Notes: generated from the letters alone by a model not told the origin. 51,095 nucleotides of DNA from Gammaproteobacteria bacterium (GCA_041490545.1 JBGPTG010000001.1:1-51095); one strand, 5' to 3'; counted from the stretch's first letter, positions 1 to 9,018 are shown. Numbers and translations: made by a program.

Positions 1-2015
1 ACCCGTTCACCTTCACTACGCCCGTTTTGAGCGGTGCGCCTTATGCCGTGACGGTGCTCACGCAGCCCAGCAACCCCACCCAGACCTGCGCGGTCACCGA
101 CGGCGGCTCGGGTACTGGCTCGGGTACCGTGACGAATGCCATCGTCAACAATGTCGTGGTTACCTGCACGACCAACACCTACACGATCGGGGGCACCGTC
201 ACCGGGCTCGCGGGTACGGGTCTGAAGCTGCGGAACAACAACAATTCCGGCGATGAGATCACGATCGCGAAGACCGGGCCCTTCAGCTTTACCTTTGCCA
301 CGCCGATCGCTAGCGGCGCGACCTATGCCGTGACAGTGTCCGCGCAGCCCACCGGTCTCAGTCAGACCTGCACGGTCACCGGCGGCGGCTCGGGTACTGG
401 CTCGGGTACCGTGACGAATGCCATCGTCAACAATGTCAGCATTTCCTGCGCGACGAACAGCTTTACGGTTGGGGGAACGGTGAGCGGTTCCAACGGCCTC
501 GGCTTTACCCTGAGACTGACCTCAGGCGTGACCACCCTCAACCTGTCTGGCGTCGTGGACGGACCTTTTGTGTTCCCCGCACTCCTCGACGGCTCACCCT
601 ACACCGTCAGCGTGTTCGTGCAGCCACTTCAGCAGAACTGCACGGTTAGTCCCAACGGCGTCGGCGGCACGCTCGCCGGGGCGAACGTCATCAATGTCAC
701 GGTCGCCTGCACGACCAACACCTACGCGGTCGGGGGCACGATCACCGGGCTCACGGGCACGGGTCTGGTGCTGCGGAACTCCTATGACCTCGGCATCAAC
801 ACCGAGAACTTCACCGTCGCGGCCAACGCCACCACCTTTACTTTCCCGACGCACGTTGCGTTCAACTCGACATACAGCGTCAGCGTCTTCACGCAGCCCA
901 ACACGCCCACCCAGACCTGCACGGTCACGAATGGCGCGGGGACGGTCTCGGGGACTGTCGGCAGCGTCAGCATCAACTGCACGACCAACACCTACACGAT
1001 CGGGGGCACGATCAGCGGGCTCTCGGGTGCGGGTACGGGTCTGGTGCTGCGGAACAACGGCAGCAACAACCTCACGGTTGCCGCCGGCGCCACCGCCTTT
1101 ACCTTCAGCGCGCCGATCGCGAGTGGTGCGCCTTATGCCGTGACGGTGTTCACGCAGCCCAGCGGCCCCACCCAGAACTGCACAGTCTCGAGCGGCTCGG
1201 GGACAGTCGGAGGCGCGGACGTCACCGTCAGCATTTCGTGCACGACCACCAACTTCACGATCGGGGGCTCGATCAGCGGGCTCACGGGTACCGGTCTGGT
1301 GCTGCATAACGGCAGCGAGAACTTCCCGGTCGCGGCCAACGCCACCACCTTCACCTTCCTCACTTCCGTTGCGAGCGGTGCGGGTTATGTCGTGACCGTG
1401 TCCGCGCAGCCCAGCACTCCCACGCAGACCTGCGCCGTCACCAGCGGCTCGGGTACCGTGGGGGCCGCCAACGTCATTACCGTCTCGATCGCCTGCACAA
1501 CCACTACCTACACTATCGGCGGCACGATCAGTGGGCTGTCGGGCACGGGTCTGGTGCTGCACAACGGCAGCGAGAACCTCCCGGTTCCGGTCAACGCCAC
1601 CGGCTTCACCTTCGTCACCCCGGTTGCGAGCGGCGCGACTTATACCGTGAGCGTCTCCGCGCAGCCCAGCACTCCCACGCAGACCTGCGCGGTCAACCCG
1701 CTACCCAGCGGCTCGGGCACCGTGACGAACGCCAACGTCGCCAGCGTCAGCATCGTCTGCACGACCAACACCTACACGATCGGGGGCACGATCAGCGGGC
1801 TCACGGGGACGGGCCTGGTGCTGCACAACCGCAGCGAGAACCTCCCGGTCGCGGCCAACGCCACCGGCTTCACCTTCGTCACCCCGGTTGCGAGCGGCGC
1901 GACTTATACCGTGACGGCGTCCACGCAGCCTTCGGTCCCAGAGCAGGCGTGCACAGTCTTGAACGGCGCGGGGACGGTGGTGAGCGCGAATGTCGCCAAC
2001 GTCAGCGTGGTGTGC
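1..2015 (+). repeat. Tandem coding repeats, about 255-282 bp each: 1 partial plus 7 complete Ig-like modules
   Basis: Units start near nt 168, 450, 711, 981, 1242, 1497 and 1761. Consensus: TTNTYTIGGT(I/V)SGLxGTGLVLxN..(N)..FTF...ASGAxYxVTVxxQPxxPTQTCxV..GSGTV..ANVxxVS(I/V)xC. Two conserved Cys per unit. Confidence 0.9.
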
Positions 2016-4130
2016 GCTACACCCACGGCGCGTTTCGCCTACGTGCCGAATTTCGGCGACAACACCGTTTCCATCTATGCGGTGAACGCCGCGACCGGCC
2101 AGTTGCGCCACAAGGGCTATGTTGCGGCGGGGAGGGGTCCCAACGCCGTCAGCATCGACCCCTCGGGCAAGTTCGTCTACGTGGCGAATGAAACCTCCGG
2201 CACGGTCTCGGCCTACAGCATCGATGCCGCGACCGGGGCGCTTACGAGTCTGGGCGTGGCCGGGGCAGGGGACAATCCCCAGTCGATCGCGGTGGATCCC
2301 ACCGGGCGTTTCGTCTACGTCGCGAACTCCGGCCCCGCGAACCCCGGCATCGGCAGCGTCTCGGCCTACAGCATCGATGCCGCGACCGGGGCCTTGAGCC
2401 CCATCGGCTCGGCCGTACTGGCCGGAACCAATCCCACCAGCCTCAGCGTCGATCCCTCGGGCGGGTTCGTCTACGTGGCGAATGGAAACAGCAACGACAT
2501 CTCGGTCTACAGCATCACCCCCTCGAGCGGAGCGCTTACTCAGGTCAGCTGTACTGGCGGGATCAACTGCAATGGCGTGAACTTCGTGGCAGGGCAGAAA
2601 CCAGTCTGGATCACCGTCGATCCTTCCGGGAAGTTCGTCTACGCGGCGAATTTCAACTCCGGCAACGTCTCGGCCTACAAGACTGACACCTCCGGGCAAC
2701 TCAACCCCATCGGCGCCGCCGTGGCGACGGGAATCGGTCCCCGGTCCGTCGCGGTCGACCCCTCTGGGAAGTTCGCCTTTGTCGTGAACCAAAATGGGGG
2801 GACCGTGGGCAGTGTCTCGGCCTACAACATCGAAGCCCTGACCGGGGCGCTCAGCCCCACCGGCGCAGCAGCCATAGCGACGGGAAACCTTCCGGTCGGC
2901 ATCGCCATCGATCCCTTCAGCAAGCTCGCCTACGTTGAGAATGTCGGCTCCGACGACATCTCGGTCTACACCATCGACACCAGCGGGGGCCTGACCGCAG
3001 TGCGCAAGATCATGGGCCGCCTGAAAAATCAAGCAATGGCCATGACCAAGGGCGCCCCGCTCATCTACACGCCGGAATTCGCCTACGTGGCGAATTCCGT
3101 CTCGGGCGACGTCTCGGCCTATACGATCGATTCGGGTACCGGCGTCACCGCCGGCACTGGCGCGCTCACCCCAATCGGCTCGGCGGTTGCCGCGGGAACC
3201 GCTCCCAGGTCGGTCGGCGTGGATCCCTTCGGGCGCTTCGCCTATGTCGCGAACGGCGGCGACGGTGTTACTCCGGGCACTGTCTCGGCCTACGCGATCA
3301 CCGGAGGCGCTCTATCGGCCAACGGTACCGTGCCGGCAGGGATCAGTCCCGCCTCCGTCAGCGTGGATCCTTCCGGGCGGTTCGTCTACGTGGCGAACCG
3401 GGGCGACGGTGCTACTCCGAGCACTGTCTCGGCCTACGCGATCACGGGCACCGGCGCTCTATCGACTAACGGTACCGTGCCGGCGGGGATCAGTCCCGCC
3501 TCCGTCACCGTCGATCCGGCGGGTAGATTCGCCTACGTGGCGAATTTCACTTCCAATGATATTTCGGTGTACGCGATCGACGCATCGAGCGGGGTGCTTA
3601 CGCTGATCGATGCCGACGCGATAACGACTGGCCTCCAGCCTAGTATCGCCGCGGGAACCCATCCCCAGTCGGTCAGCGTGGATCCCACCGGGAACTTCGC
3701 CTATGTCGCGAACGGCGGCGACGGTGTTACTCCGAGCACTGTCTCGGCCTACAGGATCGATTCCACCAGCGGCGGGCTCATCCCCATCGGCTCGCCGACT
3801 GCGGGAACCAATCCCGCCTCCATCGCCTTCGACCCCGCCGGCAAGTTTGCGTACGTGGCGCTAAAAGGCGACGCTCTCGTGTCGGTCTACACCATCAACG
3901 CCACGAACGGGGCACTCACCAGTGTCGGCACCCCCGCATTGACAGGGACGAGTCCCGCGTCCGTCACCGTCGACGCCTCCGGCCAGTTCGCCTACGTGGC
4001 GAATAGCGGTGGCACCAACGTTTCGGCGTATAAGATCGGCTCCGACGGCTCGCTCACCGCCGTGGGCGGCTCGCCGTTTGGCGCGGGGAGCAGTCCAAGC
4101 GCAGTCACTACAACCGGCACGAGCCAGTAG
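1..4130 (+). CDS. Giant secreted/surface repeat protein, 5' end cut by the window edge: 8 tandem Ig-like modules followed by 14 lactonase/YVTN-type beta-propeller blades (two 7-bladed propellers)
   Basis: ORF track 27..4130 (1367 aa). Nt 27 is TTG, and the same frame stays open back to nt 3, reading PFTFTTPVLSGAPYAVTV, which is the repeat consensus. The real start is therefore upstream of the window. Stop TAG at 4128-4130. The C-terminus GAGSSPSAVTTTGTSQ has no PEP-CTERM-like tail. Confidence 0.9.
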   Translation, partial: PFTFTTPVLSGAPYAVTVLTQPSNPTQTCAVTDGGSGTGSGTVTNAIVNNVVVTCTTNTYTIGGTVTGLAGTGLKLRNNNNSGDEITIAKTGPFSFTFATPIASGATYAVTVSAQPTGLSQTCTVTGGGSGTGSGTVTNAIVNNVSISCATNSFTVGGTVSGSNGLGFTLRLTSGVTTLNLSGVVDGPFVFPALLDGSPYTVSVFVQPLQQNCTVSPNGVGGTLAGANVINVTVACTTNTYAVGGTITGLTGTGLVLRNSYDLGINTENFTVAANATTFTFPTHVAFNSTYSVSVFTQPNTPTQTCTVTNGAGTVSGTVGSVSINCTTNTYTIGGTISGLSGAGTGLVLRNNGSNNLTVAAGATAFTFSAPIASGAPYAVTVFTQPSGPTQNCTVSSGSGTVGGADVTVSISCTTTNFTIGGSISGLTGTGLVLHNGSENFPVAANATTFTFLTSVASGAGYVVTVSAQPSTPTQTCAVTSGSGTVGAANVITVSIACTTTTYTIGGTISGLSGTGLVLHNGSENLPVPVNATGFTFVTPVASGATYTVSVSAQPSTPTQTCAVNPLPSGSGTVTNANVASVSIVCTTNTYTIGGTISGLTGTGLVLHNRSENLPVAANATGFTFVTPVASGATYTVTASTQPSVPEQACTVLNGAGTVVSANVANVSVVCATPTARFAYVPNFGDNTVSIYAVNAATGQLRHKGYVAAGRGPNAVSIDPSGKFVYVANETSGTVSAYSIDAATGALTSLGVAGAGDNPQSIAVDPTGRFVYVANSGPANPGIGSVSAYSIDAATGALSPIGSAVLAGTNPTSLSVDPSGGFVYVANGNSNDISVYSITPSSGALTQVSCTGGINCNGVNFVAGQKPVWITVDPSGKFVYAANFNSGNVSAYKTDTSGQLNPIGAAVATGIGPRSVAVDPSGKFAFVVNQNGGTVGSVSAYNIEALTGALSPTGAAAIATGNLPVGIAIDPFSKLAYVENVGSDDISVYTIDTSGGLTAVRKIMGRLKNQAMAMTKGAPLIYTPEFAYVANSVSGDVSAYTIDSGTGVTAGTGALTPIGSAVAAGTAPRSVGVDPFGRFAYVANGGDGVTPGTVSAYAITGGALSANGTVPAGISPASVSVDPSGRFVYVANRGDGATPSTVSAYAITGTGALSTNGTVPAGISPASVTVDPAGRFAYVANFTSNDISVYAIDASSGVLTLIDADAITTGLQPSIAAGTHPQSVSVDPTGNFAYVANGGDGVTPSTVSAYRIDSTSGGLIPIGSPTAGTNPASIAFDPAGKFAYVALKGDALVSVYTINATNGALTSVGTPALTGTSPASVTVDASGQFAYVANSGGTNVSAYKIGSDGSLTAVGGSPFGAGSSPSAVTTTGTSQ
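2034..4127 (+). repeat. 14 beta-propeller blade repeats (about 45-55 aa each)
   Basis: Fourteen units of the form (F/L)(A/V)YVAN-x(5-10)-VS(A/V)Y.I-...-G..P.S(V/I).VDPSG(K/R). The first begins FAYVPNFGDNTVSIYAV. A degenerate blade 7 (LAYVENVGSDDISVYTID...) separates two sets of seven. Confidence 0.85.
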
Positions 4131-4167
4131 TCCCGGCGGCAAATTCGACGGTCGACCGAGAGGGAGG

Positions 4168-4181
4168 CGGGGCGCGCCCCG
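4168..4181 (+). terminator. Candidate intrinsic terminator hairpin after the giant gene
   Basis: Perfect 14-nt palindrome CGGGGCGCGCCCCG about 40 nt after the stop, followed by TGTCTTCC. The U-tract is weak. Confidence 0.3.
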
Positions 4182-4650
4182 TGTCTTCCACAGCCCGCCG
4201 ACTTTGATCTTACGGCGACCTGCAGTATTCCCATGATGCCGAGCAAGACCTAACCCGCGCCCAACATCTCGTGCGTCTCGAAGGCCATGATCGCCAACAC
4301 GCTCGTCAGCGCGGTGTATTGCACGCGAACTGGAAGGGAGGTTCGGTAATACGCGGAGTCGAGCATGGATCAAGCATGGCGCGATTCAAACTTGCTGGCC
4401 GTTCAGATTCCAGGAGTGGTCGACGACCTCCCGCAGGAAACAAAGCAGATCATGCGGAACAAAACCGCCGTGCCGTATATTCCAACATCCCGACATCCTC
4501 AAACTGGAAACGGATCAAACCCTGGTCGGCCACCCCTTCGTCGACGCCCGTTGTAGAACACTCTTGTTCGAGCCTCGAACGGCTCCCCGACCAGAGCAAA
4601 TCTGGGCACCAATGGGAAGTGAAGATGCCGTTTGGCTGATGGCTTGCTGG

Positions 4651-4810
4651 TCAGGACCGAGCAGCAAGGTCGACGAGCTCTTGAACCTCTCCTATCTGGT
4701 CCTTCACCAGCCAGTGCGTTAGATCGCCGCTCGATACAACCGCGAGCACCTTGCGGTTTTCCACAATCGGCAGGTGCCGGAACCGCCGTTTGGTGACCAA
4801 CTCCGCGGAT
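4651..4810 (-). pseudogene. 3'-terminal remnant of a CBS-domain protein gene
   Basis: My minus-strand translation gives ..TQSAELVTKRRFRHLPIVENRKVLAVVSSGDLTHWLVKDQIGEVQELVDLAARS then stop (TGA at 4653-4651). RHLP(I/V)VEN.K(L/V)...(V/I)S.GDL is the typical second half of a CBS motif. There is no plausible N-terminal part or start codon upstream. Confidence 0.5.
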
Positions 4811-4942
4811 TGAGTCGGTTCACCTCGTTGTGGTCCGCGTTTGCCCGGCCCTTGTCGCTATTCCTACTCCACGCGTTCCGCGACCAAATTTTGTCCGCGA
4901 TGATTCTGTCCTCGATCGACTCTACGAAACTGGGGTCGCGCT

Positions 4943-6880
4943 TCAGATACCAGGAGCCGGCAGATTGAGTGAGGCATTATCGAGGACGAGCACCCAGTCG
5001 TTCGCATCCGGTGGGGTAAAGGTCATCGTGCCCGAGGTGGGGTAGGTATTGATCAGTGTTGCGGCCGCCGTGCTCGGGTTAAACCACCACGCGCGAGCGG
5101 AGGTGCCAGCGATCTGCGAGAGGTCAATGGTGACGGTACGGCTTGTGGGAATATAGGCGATGACCGACGACCCGTCACTTGCCCGCGCTGCTGCCGCATA
5201 GGTGTCGCCAGACTCAAAACCAAGCGTCAGCACTGAGTGCGCCTGATCGGGCACGAGCATGTAAAAGGCCCGCGAACGAAAGAGCCGGCCCACGTATGCC
5301 AGTGTGGTCGATCCGGTGGAATTGAGTTGTGATTGCCAAGTCGCATTGGCGCAAAAACTCGACGCGGATGGTGCGTTGAAACCCCATATAGGGCAGTTTC
5401 CAAAAATATGCCCGACGATCCCGCCCGATAACACGGTCCAGTACGCTTGTCGTCGCAAACTGACGGGTGTAGAGCCATTTTCATTCTCGTAATAGCTCTC
5501 GATGAGAAAGAATGGCTTTGCCCCAGTCCGGTTGAACTGCGTCAGCGCTGCCTGATACTCGTTACCGGACGTATAGATGTTATTGACATTAAGCCAAGAA
5601 TCCGTCGTCCACACGTCCATCGCCGCCTGATCGCGCGCGTTGTGTGCCGTGAACAGGTGCGTGGTGTCGAAGTCCTGCACACCGGCAACAAATTCGCGCA
5701 CCTGTGCCGCTACGCCGTTGGCGACCGGATCGGTGTCGCCTCCGATGACCCAGATGATATTCGGGAAGTTCTTGTAGCGGTTGCCCACGTACCGGCCGTA
5801 ACTGCGCATGGTTGCCAGAGAGCTGGCTTGCACTTCGGCGCACCAGCCTTCATTGCCGCAAGCGTATCCCAGATAAAGCGGGGCTAAGAGGACCACGATG
5901 CCTTTTTCCGCGGCCTTGTTGATGACCCAATCGGCGTGGGCAAAATAAGCCTCGTTTGGCGTATTGAAGTCGCCGGCGGTAGTGAACGGCGCTTGACCGG
6001 CGAGGTTGGCCGGTGCGTTCGTGGCAAATTGGTGTTCGATCAGATTGACGAGGACAAGATTGAAACCCTTCTGCGCGCGATCCGATAAATAGGTGTCTGC
6101 GTCCGCCTGCGATAGCTGCGCAATAAGTGACCACGCCGCGTCGGCATTCATGAAGAAAGGCTGGTTGCTCTGGTCCGTAAGATACAAACCATTAGCACTC
6201 AATTTCACAGGGTAACCCGGCGCGCCGCCCATGGTCGTGCAGAAAACGCTGACGTTGGTGACGTTTGCCGTTCTGACCGTCCCTATGCCATTCGTGATCA
6301 TGCAGGTCTGGCTGGGATTGGTGGGTTGCGCGAGCGCTGTCACAGCATAAGCCGCAGCGCTCGCGACGGGCGTGCTGAAACTGAACGCGCCGTTGGCCGA
6401 GATCGCGAGATCGTCGCTGCCGTTGTTCCTCAGCACTAGACCCGTACCTGTGAGCCCGCTGACGGTGCCCGCAATCGCATAGGTATTGGTGGTGCAGGAG
6501 AGGCTGATGTTGGTGACGTTCGCGGTCGCGGCCGTCCCCGTGCCGTTCGTGACCGTGCAGGTCTGGCTGGGGTTGGTGGGCTGAGCGAGCACTGTCACCG
6601 CATAAGCCGCGCTGCTCGTGGTGCTGAAGCTGAACGCGCCGTTGGCCGGGACTGGGAGGTTGCTGCCGCCGTTGTTCTGGAGGACGAGGCCGGAACCGGA
6701 AAGGCCCGAGACTGTGCCGCCGATGCTGTAGGTTGGGGCACCTCCCCCGCCTCCGCTGCTGCTGCTGCCGCCGCTACTGCCGGCGCATGACGCAAGCAAC
6801 AGTGCGAGCGAGAGCACACAAGAGCTGGGAATCCCCCTGGCCGCCAAAGTCGTTGCGTGCATGACCCCTCCCAGAGTCAT
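4943..6880 (-). CDS. Lipoprotein: two Ig-like modules plus a GH140/DUF4038-like glycoside hydrolase domain plus a C-terminal collagen-binding-like domain
   Basis: 645 aa. Signal peptide with lipobox ..LALLLASC (an alternative ATG lies at 6862), then a Ser/Gly linker. Two copies follow of the module seen in 1..2015. Next comes SANGLYLTDQSNQPFFMNADAAWSL..DRAQKGFNLVLVNL..NEAYFAHADWVINKAAEKGIVVLLAP..IWVIGGDTDP, which resembles DUF4038 catalytic domains. Confidence 0.85.
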   Translation of the reverse strand: MTLGGVMHATTLAARGIPSSCVLSLALLLASCAGSSGGSSSSGGGGGAPTYSIGGTVSGLSGSGLVLQNNGGSNLPVPANGAFSFSTTSSAAYAVTVLAQPTNPSQTCTVTNGTGTAATANVTNISLSCTTNTYAIAGTVSGLTGTGLVLRNNGSDDLAISANGAFSFSTPVASAAAYAVTALAQPTNPSQTCMITNGIGTVRTANVTNVSVFCTTMGGAPGYPVKLSANGLYLTDQSNQPFFMNADAAWSLIAQLSQADADTYLSDRAQKGFNLVLVNLIEHQFATNAPANLAGQAPFTTAGDFNTPNEAYFAHADWVINKAAEKGIVVLLAPLYLGYACGNEGWCAEVQASSLATMRSYGRYVGNRYKNFPNIIWVIGGDTDPVANGVAAQVREFVAGVQDFDTTHLFTAHNARDQAAMDVWTTDSWLNVNNIYTSGNEYQAALTQFNRTGAKPFFLIESYYENENGSTPVSLRRQAYWTVLSGGIVGHIFGNCPIWGFNAPSASSFCANATWQSQLNSTGSTTLAYVGRLFRSRAFYMLVPDQAHSVLTLGFESGDTYAAAARASDGSSVIAYIPTSRTVTIDLSQIAGTSARAWWFNPSTAAATLINTYPTSGTMTFTPPDANDWVLVLDNASLNLPAPGI

Positions 6881-7134
6881 CTAGGCGCACCTCGTAAGAT
6901 GAACCACTTCTTAGCCTCGAGCAACTCTTGACGCAGAATGTTTGCACGGTTTTTCAACAGCTCTCGGGCCCTCTTCCTGCCAAATTCTCTGTCCACCGAG
7001 TATGTGCCTTGACCCAGGATAAGCATAACGGTATCGCTGACGACGGGGGGCGCTACCTCAAGACCTGAGGCATGACACCGCAGAAGCCGGCGGGCGTATG
7101 AAAGAAACGATGCGGCGATCAAGCACTTGCCCAC
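6877..7134 (-). CDS. Small hypothetical protein (85 aa), doubtful
   Basis: The only support is an ATGA stop/start overlap with the downstream ATG at 6880. No recognisable motif. The region is AT-richer by eye. Confidence 0.25.
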   Translation of the reverse strand: MGKCLIAASFLSYARRLLRCHASGLEVAPPVVSDTVMLILGQGTYSVDREFGRKRARELLKNRANILRQELLEAKKWFILRGAPR

Positions 7135-7321
7135 GATCAGCGCGCGAATCCGCGCCGACTGCGCGGGCCGCCGCGATTGGTGCCGGTATGATCGCCACCG
7201 TGCGCAGCCATCTGCATCGTCGCCAGAAGCAGCCCCGAGTGATCAGAAACCTGTTCCTCGAAAAACATGTTCGCTACGCGGCCTGAACAAAATCACGCAC
7301 TATTTACCGGCGTCCTCAGTA

Positions 7322-7749
7322 AGTAGTCCTTCCGATCACACTGCGACGCTGTTCGCCGGCGGGAAGGTACTTGTCGCCGGCGGCTGGAGTAGTACGGTCG
7401 CCTACCAAACCGCAGAAATCTTCGACCCAAGGCAAATTTCCTGGCAGGCGCGTTTGCGCCAACCGCAGGACCAATGGGCGAGGTCCACACCGACCATGCT
7501 GCCGTGCTCCTTCTGGACGGCACCGTGCTGATCGCCAGCGGGCGCATCAACGCCGACAACACAGGCGCCACCGCAACGCTGGAAATCTACGATTCGGCTT
7601 CCGGGGAATTTTCCAATGCCGGCTCGATGGGCTCGCCGCGCGCCGACCATGCGGCTACGCTTTTGCAGAACGGCAACGTACTGATCACCGGCGGATTCAA
7701 CGATACGGCTACTGTCGTCGACACAGCGGAGCTTTTTGTGCCCAATTAG
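7322..7749 (+). pseudogene. Kelch-repeat (beta-propeller) gene remnant, N-terminally truncated and frameshifted
   Basis: Frame 2 reads SDHTATLFAGGKVLVAGGWSSTVAYQTAEIFDP. Continuing in frame 1 from nt 7429 gives KANFLAGAFAPTAGPMGEVHTDHAAVLLLDGTVLIASG..ATLEIYDSASGEFSNAGSMGSPRADHAATLLQNGNVLITGGFNDTATVVDTAELFVPN then stop. This makes three Kelch-like blades, with a 1-nt frame break in the C-run near 7426-7428 and no upstream N-terminus. Confidence 0.6.
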
Positions 7750-7766
7750 AATCCGGAATCAGCCCC

Positions 7767-7797
7767 GCGGCCGCCCTCTGCCTGCTGGCGCGGCCGC
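7767..7797. repeat. Inverted repeat between convergent gene ends; possible bidirectional terminator hairpin
   Basis: GCGGCCGC at 7767-7774 and again at 7790-7797. The sequence is self-complementary, so this is an 8-bp stem with a 15-nt spacer. No clear U-tract on either strand. Confidence 0.3.
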
Positions 7798-7848
7798 CCC
7801 GTTCATCGAAAGATAAGGAAATTCAATCCGCCGGTCAGACGCCATGGA

Positions 7849-8793
7849 TCAGGCTTTTGCAGGGTTTCCCCTGCCTGTAAGCGAGCGATACAAGGCCCGT
7901 AGGAAAAGCACGCACGAGCCTCGCGACACCCCGGCGTAAAAAGGTGAGCTATATTTGAGAGCCCGTCGAAACTCACCTCGTGCAAGGTATGCGTCGGCGG
8001 CTTCCCTGTACATGTGGCATACCATTTCCCGTTTCAGCGTCGGCCAGTCAACATCTGTGAGCAGGGGATTGCCCTGTAGGAGACCTTCGACTTTGTCTAT
8101 AATTCGGCGGCGGGTGGCCAGTAAGAGGTCGGTATTCTTGGAGATGTTTTGTGGGTGAACGCGATACTGAAAGACGATCTCGGGATCGTAATAAAATCTG
8201 GCGCCGGCCTTCAGCAGGCGCAGCCAGAGTTCTTTGTCCACGAGACAAGGAAAGGTCGCATCGAAGCCTCCGGCCTGTTCCAGCACGCTTCGGCGGAGGA
8301 CGACGCTCGATGCCGACACGAAGTTCTCCCTCAACATAACGGTAAAAAGTCTTGCAGTGCTCAAGCCATTCAGCCCCGTTTTCAGTGGTGGGGAATGAAT
8401 TCGCCTTCCCGCCGGGTCGATCACGTCGCCATGGCCATGCACCAAGGCGATCTCCACGTTTGCTTCGAGGAGCGCTACCTGGCGCGAGAGATGGTGCAAC
8501 ATCCAGGAGTCGTCGGAATCCAGCAAGGCTACGTAAGGAGCCCTTCCCTCCACTATCCCGACGTTGCGAGACCCGGCAGGTCCCTTGTGATCGCTGTATA
8601 GGTAACGAATGCGGGGATCACCGTAAGCCCTTAACGTTTCCTCCAACTCCACCGTGTATTGCTTGTCGGATCCATCGTTGATAACCCACGCCTTCCAATC
8701 AGAAAACGTCTGCGCGCGCAGGCTATCCAACGCAACGGTCAGAAAACGGTGAGGCGTATTGAAGACAGGGATGATTACGTCGACGAGAGCCAT
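7849..8793 (-). CDS. Glycosyltransferase family 2
   Basis: MALVDVIIPVFNTPHRFLTVALDSLRAQTFSDWKAWVINDGSD..LLDSDD (GT-A fold with DxD). The ORF-track start at 8817 is TTG, so the ATG at 8793 is preferred. Confidence 0.85.
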   Translation of the reverse strand: MALVDVIIPVFNTPHRFLTVALDSLRAQTFSDWKAWVINDGSDKQYTVELEETLRAYGDPRIRYLYSDHKGPAGSRNVGIVEGRAPYVALLDSDDSWMLHHLSRQVALLEANVEIALVHGHGDVIDPAGRRIHSPPLKTGLNGLSTARLFTVMLRENFVSASSVVLRRSVLEQAGGFDATFPCLVDKELWLRLLKAGARFYYDPEIVFQYRVHPQNISKNTDLLLATRRRIIDKVEGLLQGNPLLTDVDWPTLKREMVCHMYREAADAYLARGEFRRALKYSSPFYAGVSRGSCVLFLRALYRSLTGRGNPAKA

Positions 8794-9018
8794 AAAGACG
8801 GTCTCAAGGGAATCCAATGGTGTTTCGCTTCACGTGAGCAGATCAGCTGCAAAGTGGAGCTCATGTTTGGCGCAGTTTGCACGGTTTGGAGGACATACGC
8901 CAGTCATGATAAACCCATCGAAATGCCCGTCGGGAAAGGCATAGCGGTTACCATCCCCCAAAGATTGGCCGTAGGTGATTTTCGCGATGCCCTTTGCATC
9001 AAGGGGCCCGCGTCCCCT

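Noticed and set aside
594-3032. Long minus-strand ORFs (594..1562, 322 aa; 1701..3032, 443 aa) and several plus-strand off-frame ORFs inside the giant repeat gene
   Set aside because: They are Arg/Gly/Asp/Pro-rich, low-complexity translations lying antisense or out of frame to a gene with a clear repeat and domain structure. These are typical high-GC shadow ORFs.
4080-4130. Possible PEP-CTERM sorting signal at the C-terminus of the giant protein (and of the other secreted proteins in the window)
   Set aside because: The tail reads ..GAGSSPSAVTTTGTSQ, with no PEP motif, no TM helix and no basic cluster. None of the other secreted proteins ends in such a tail either.
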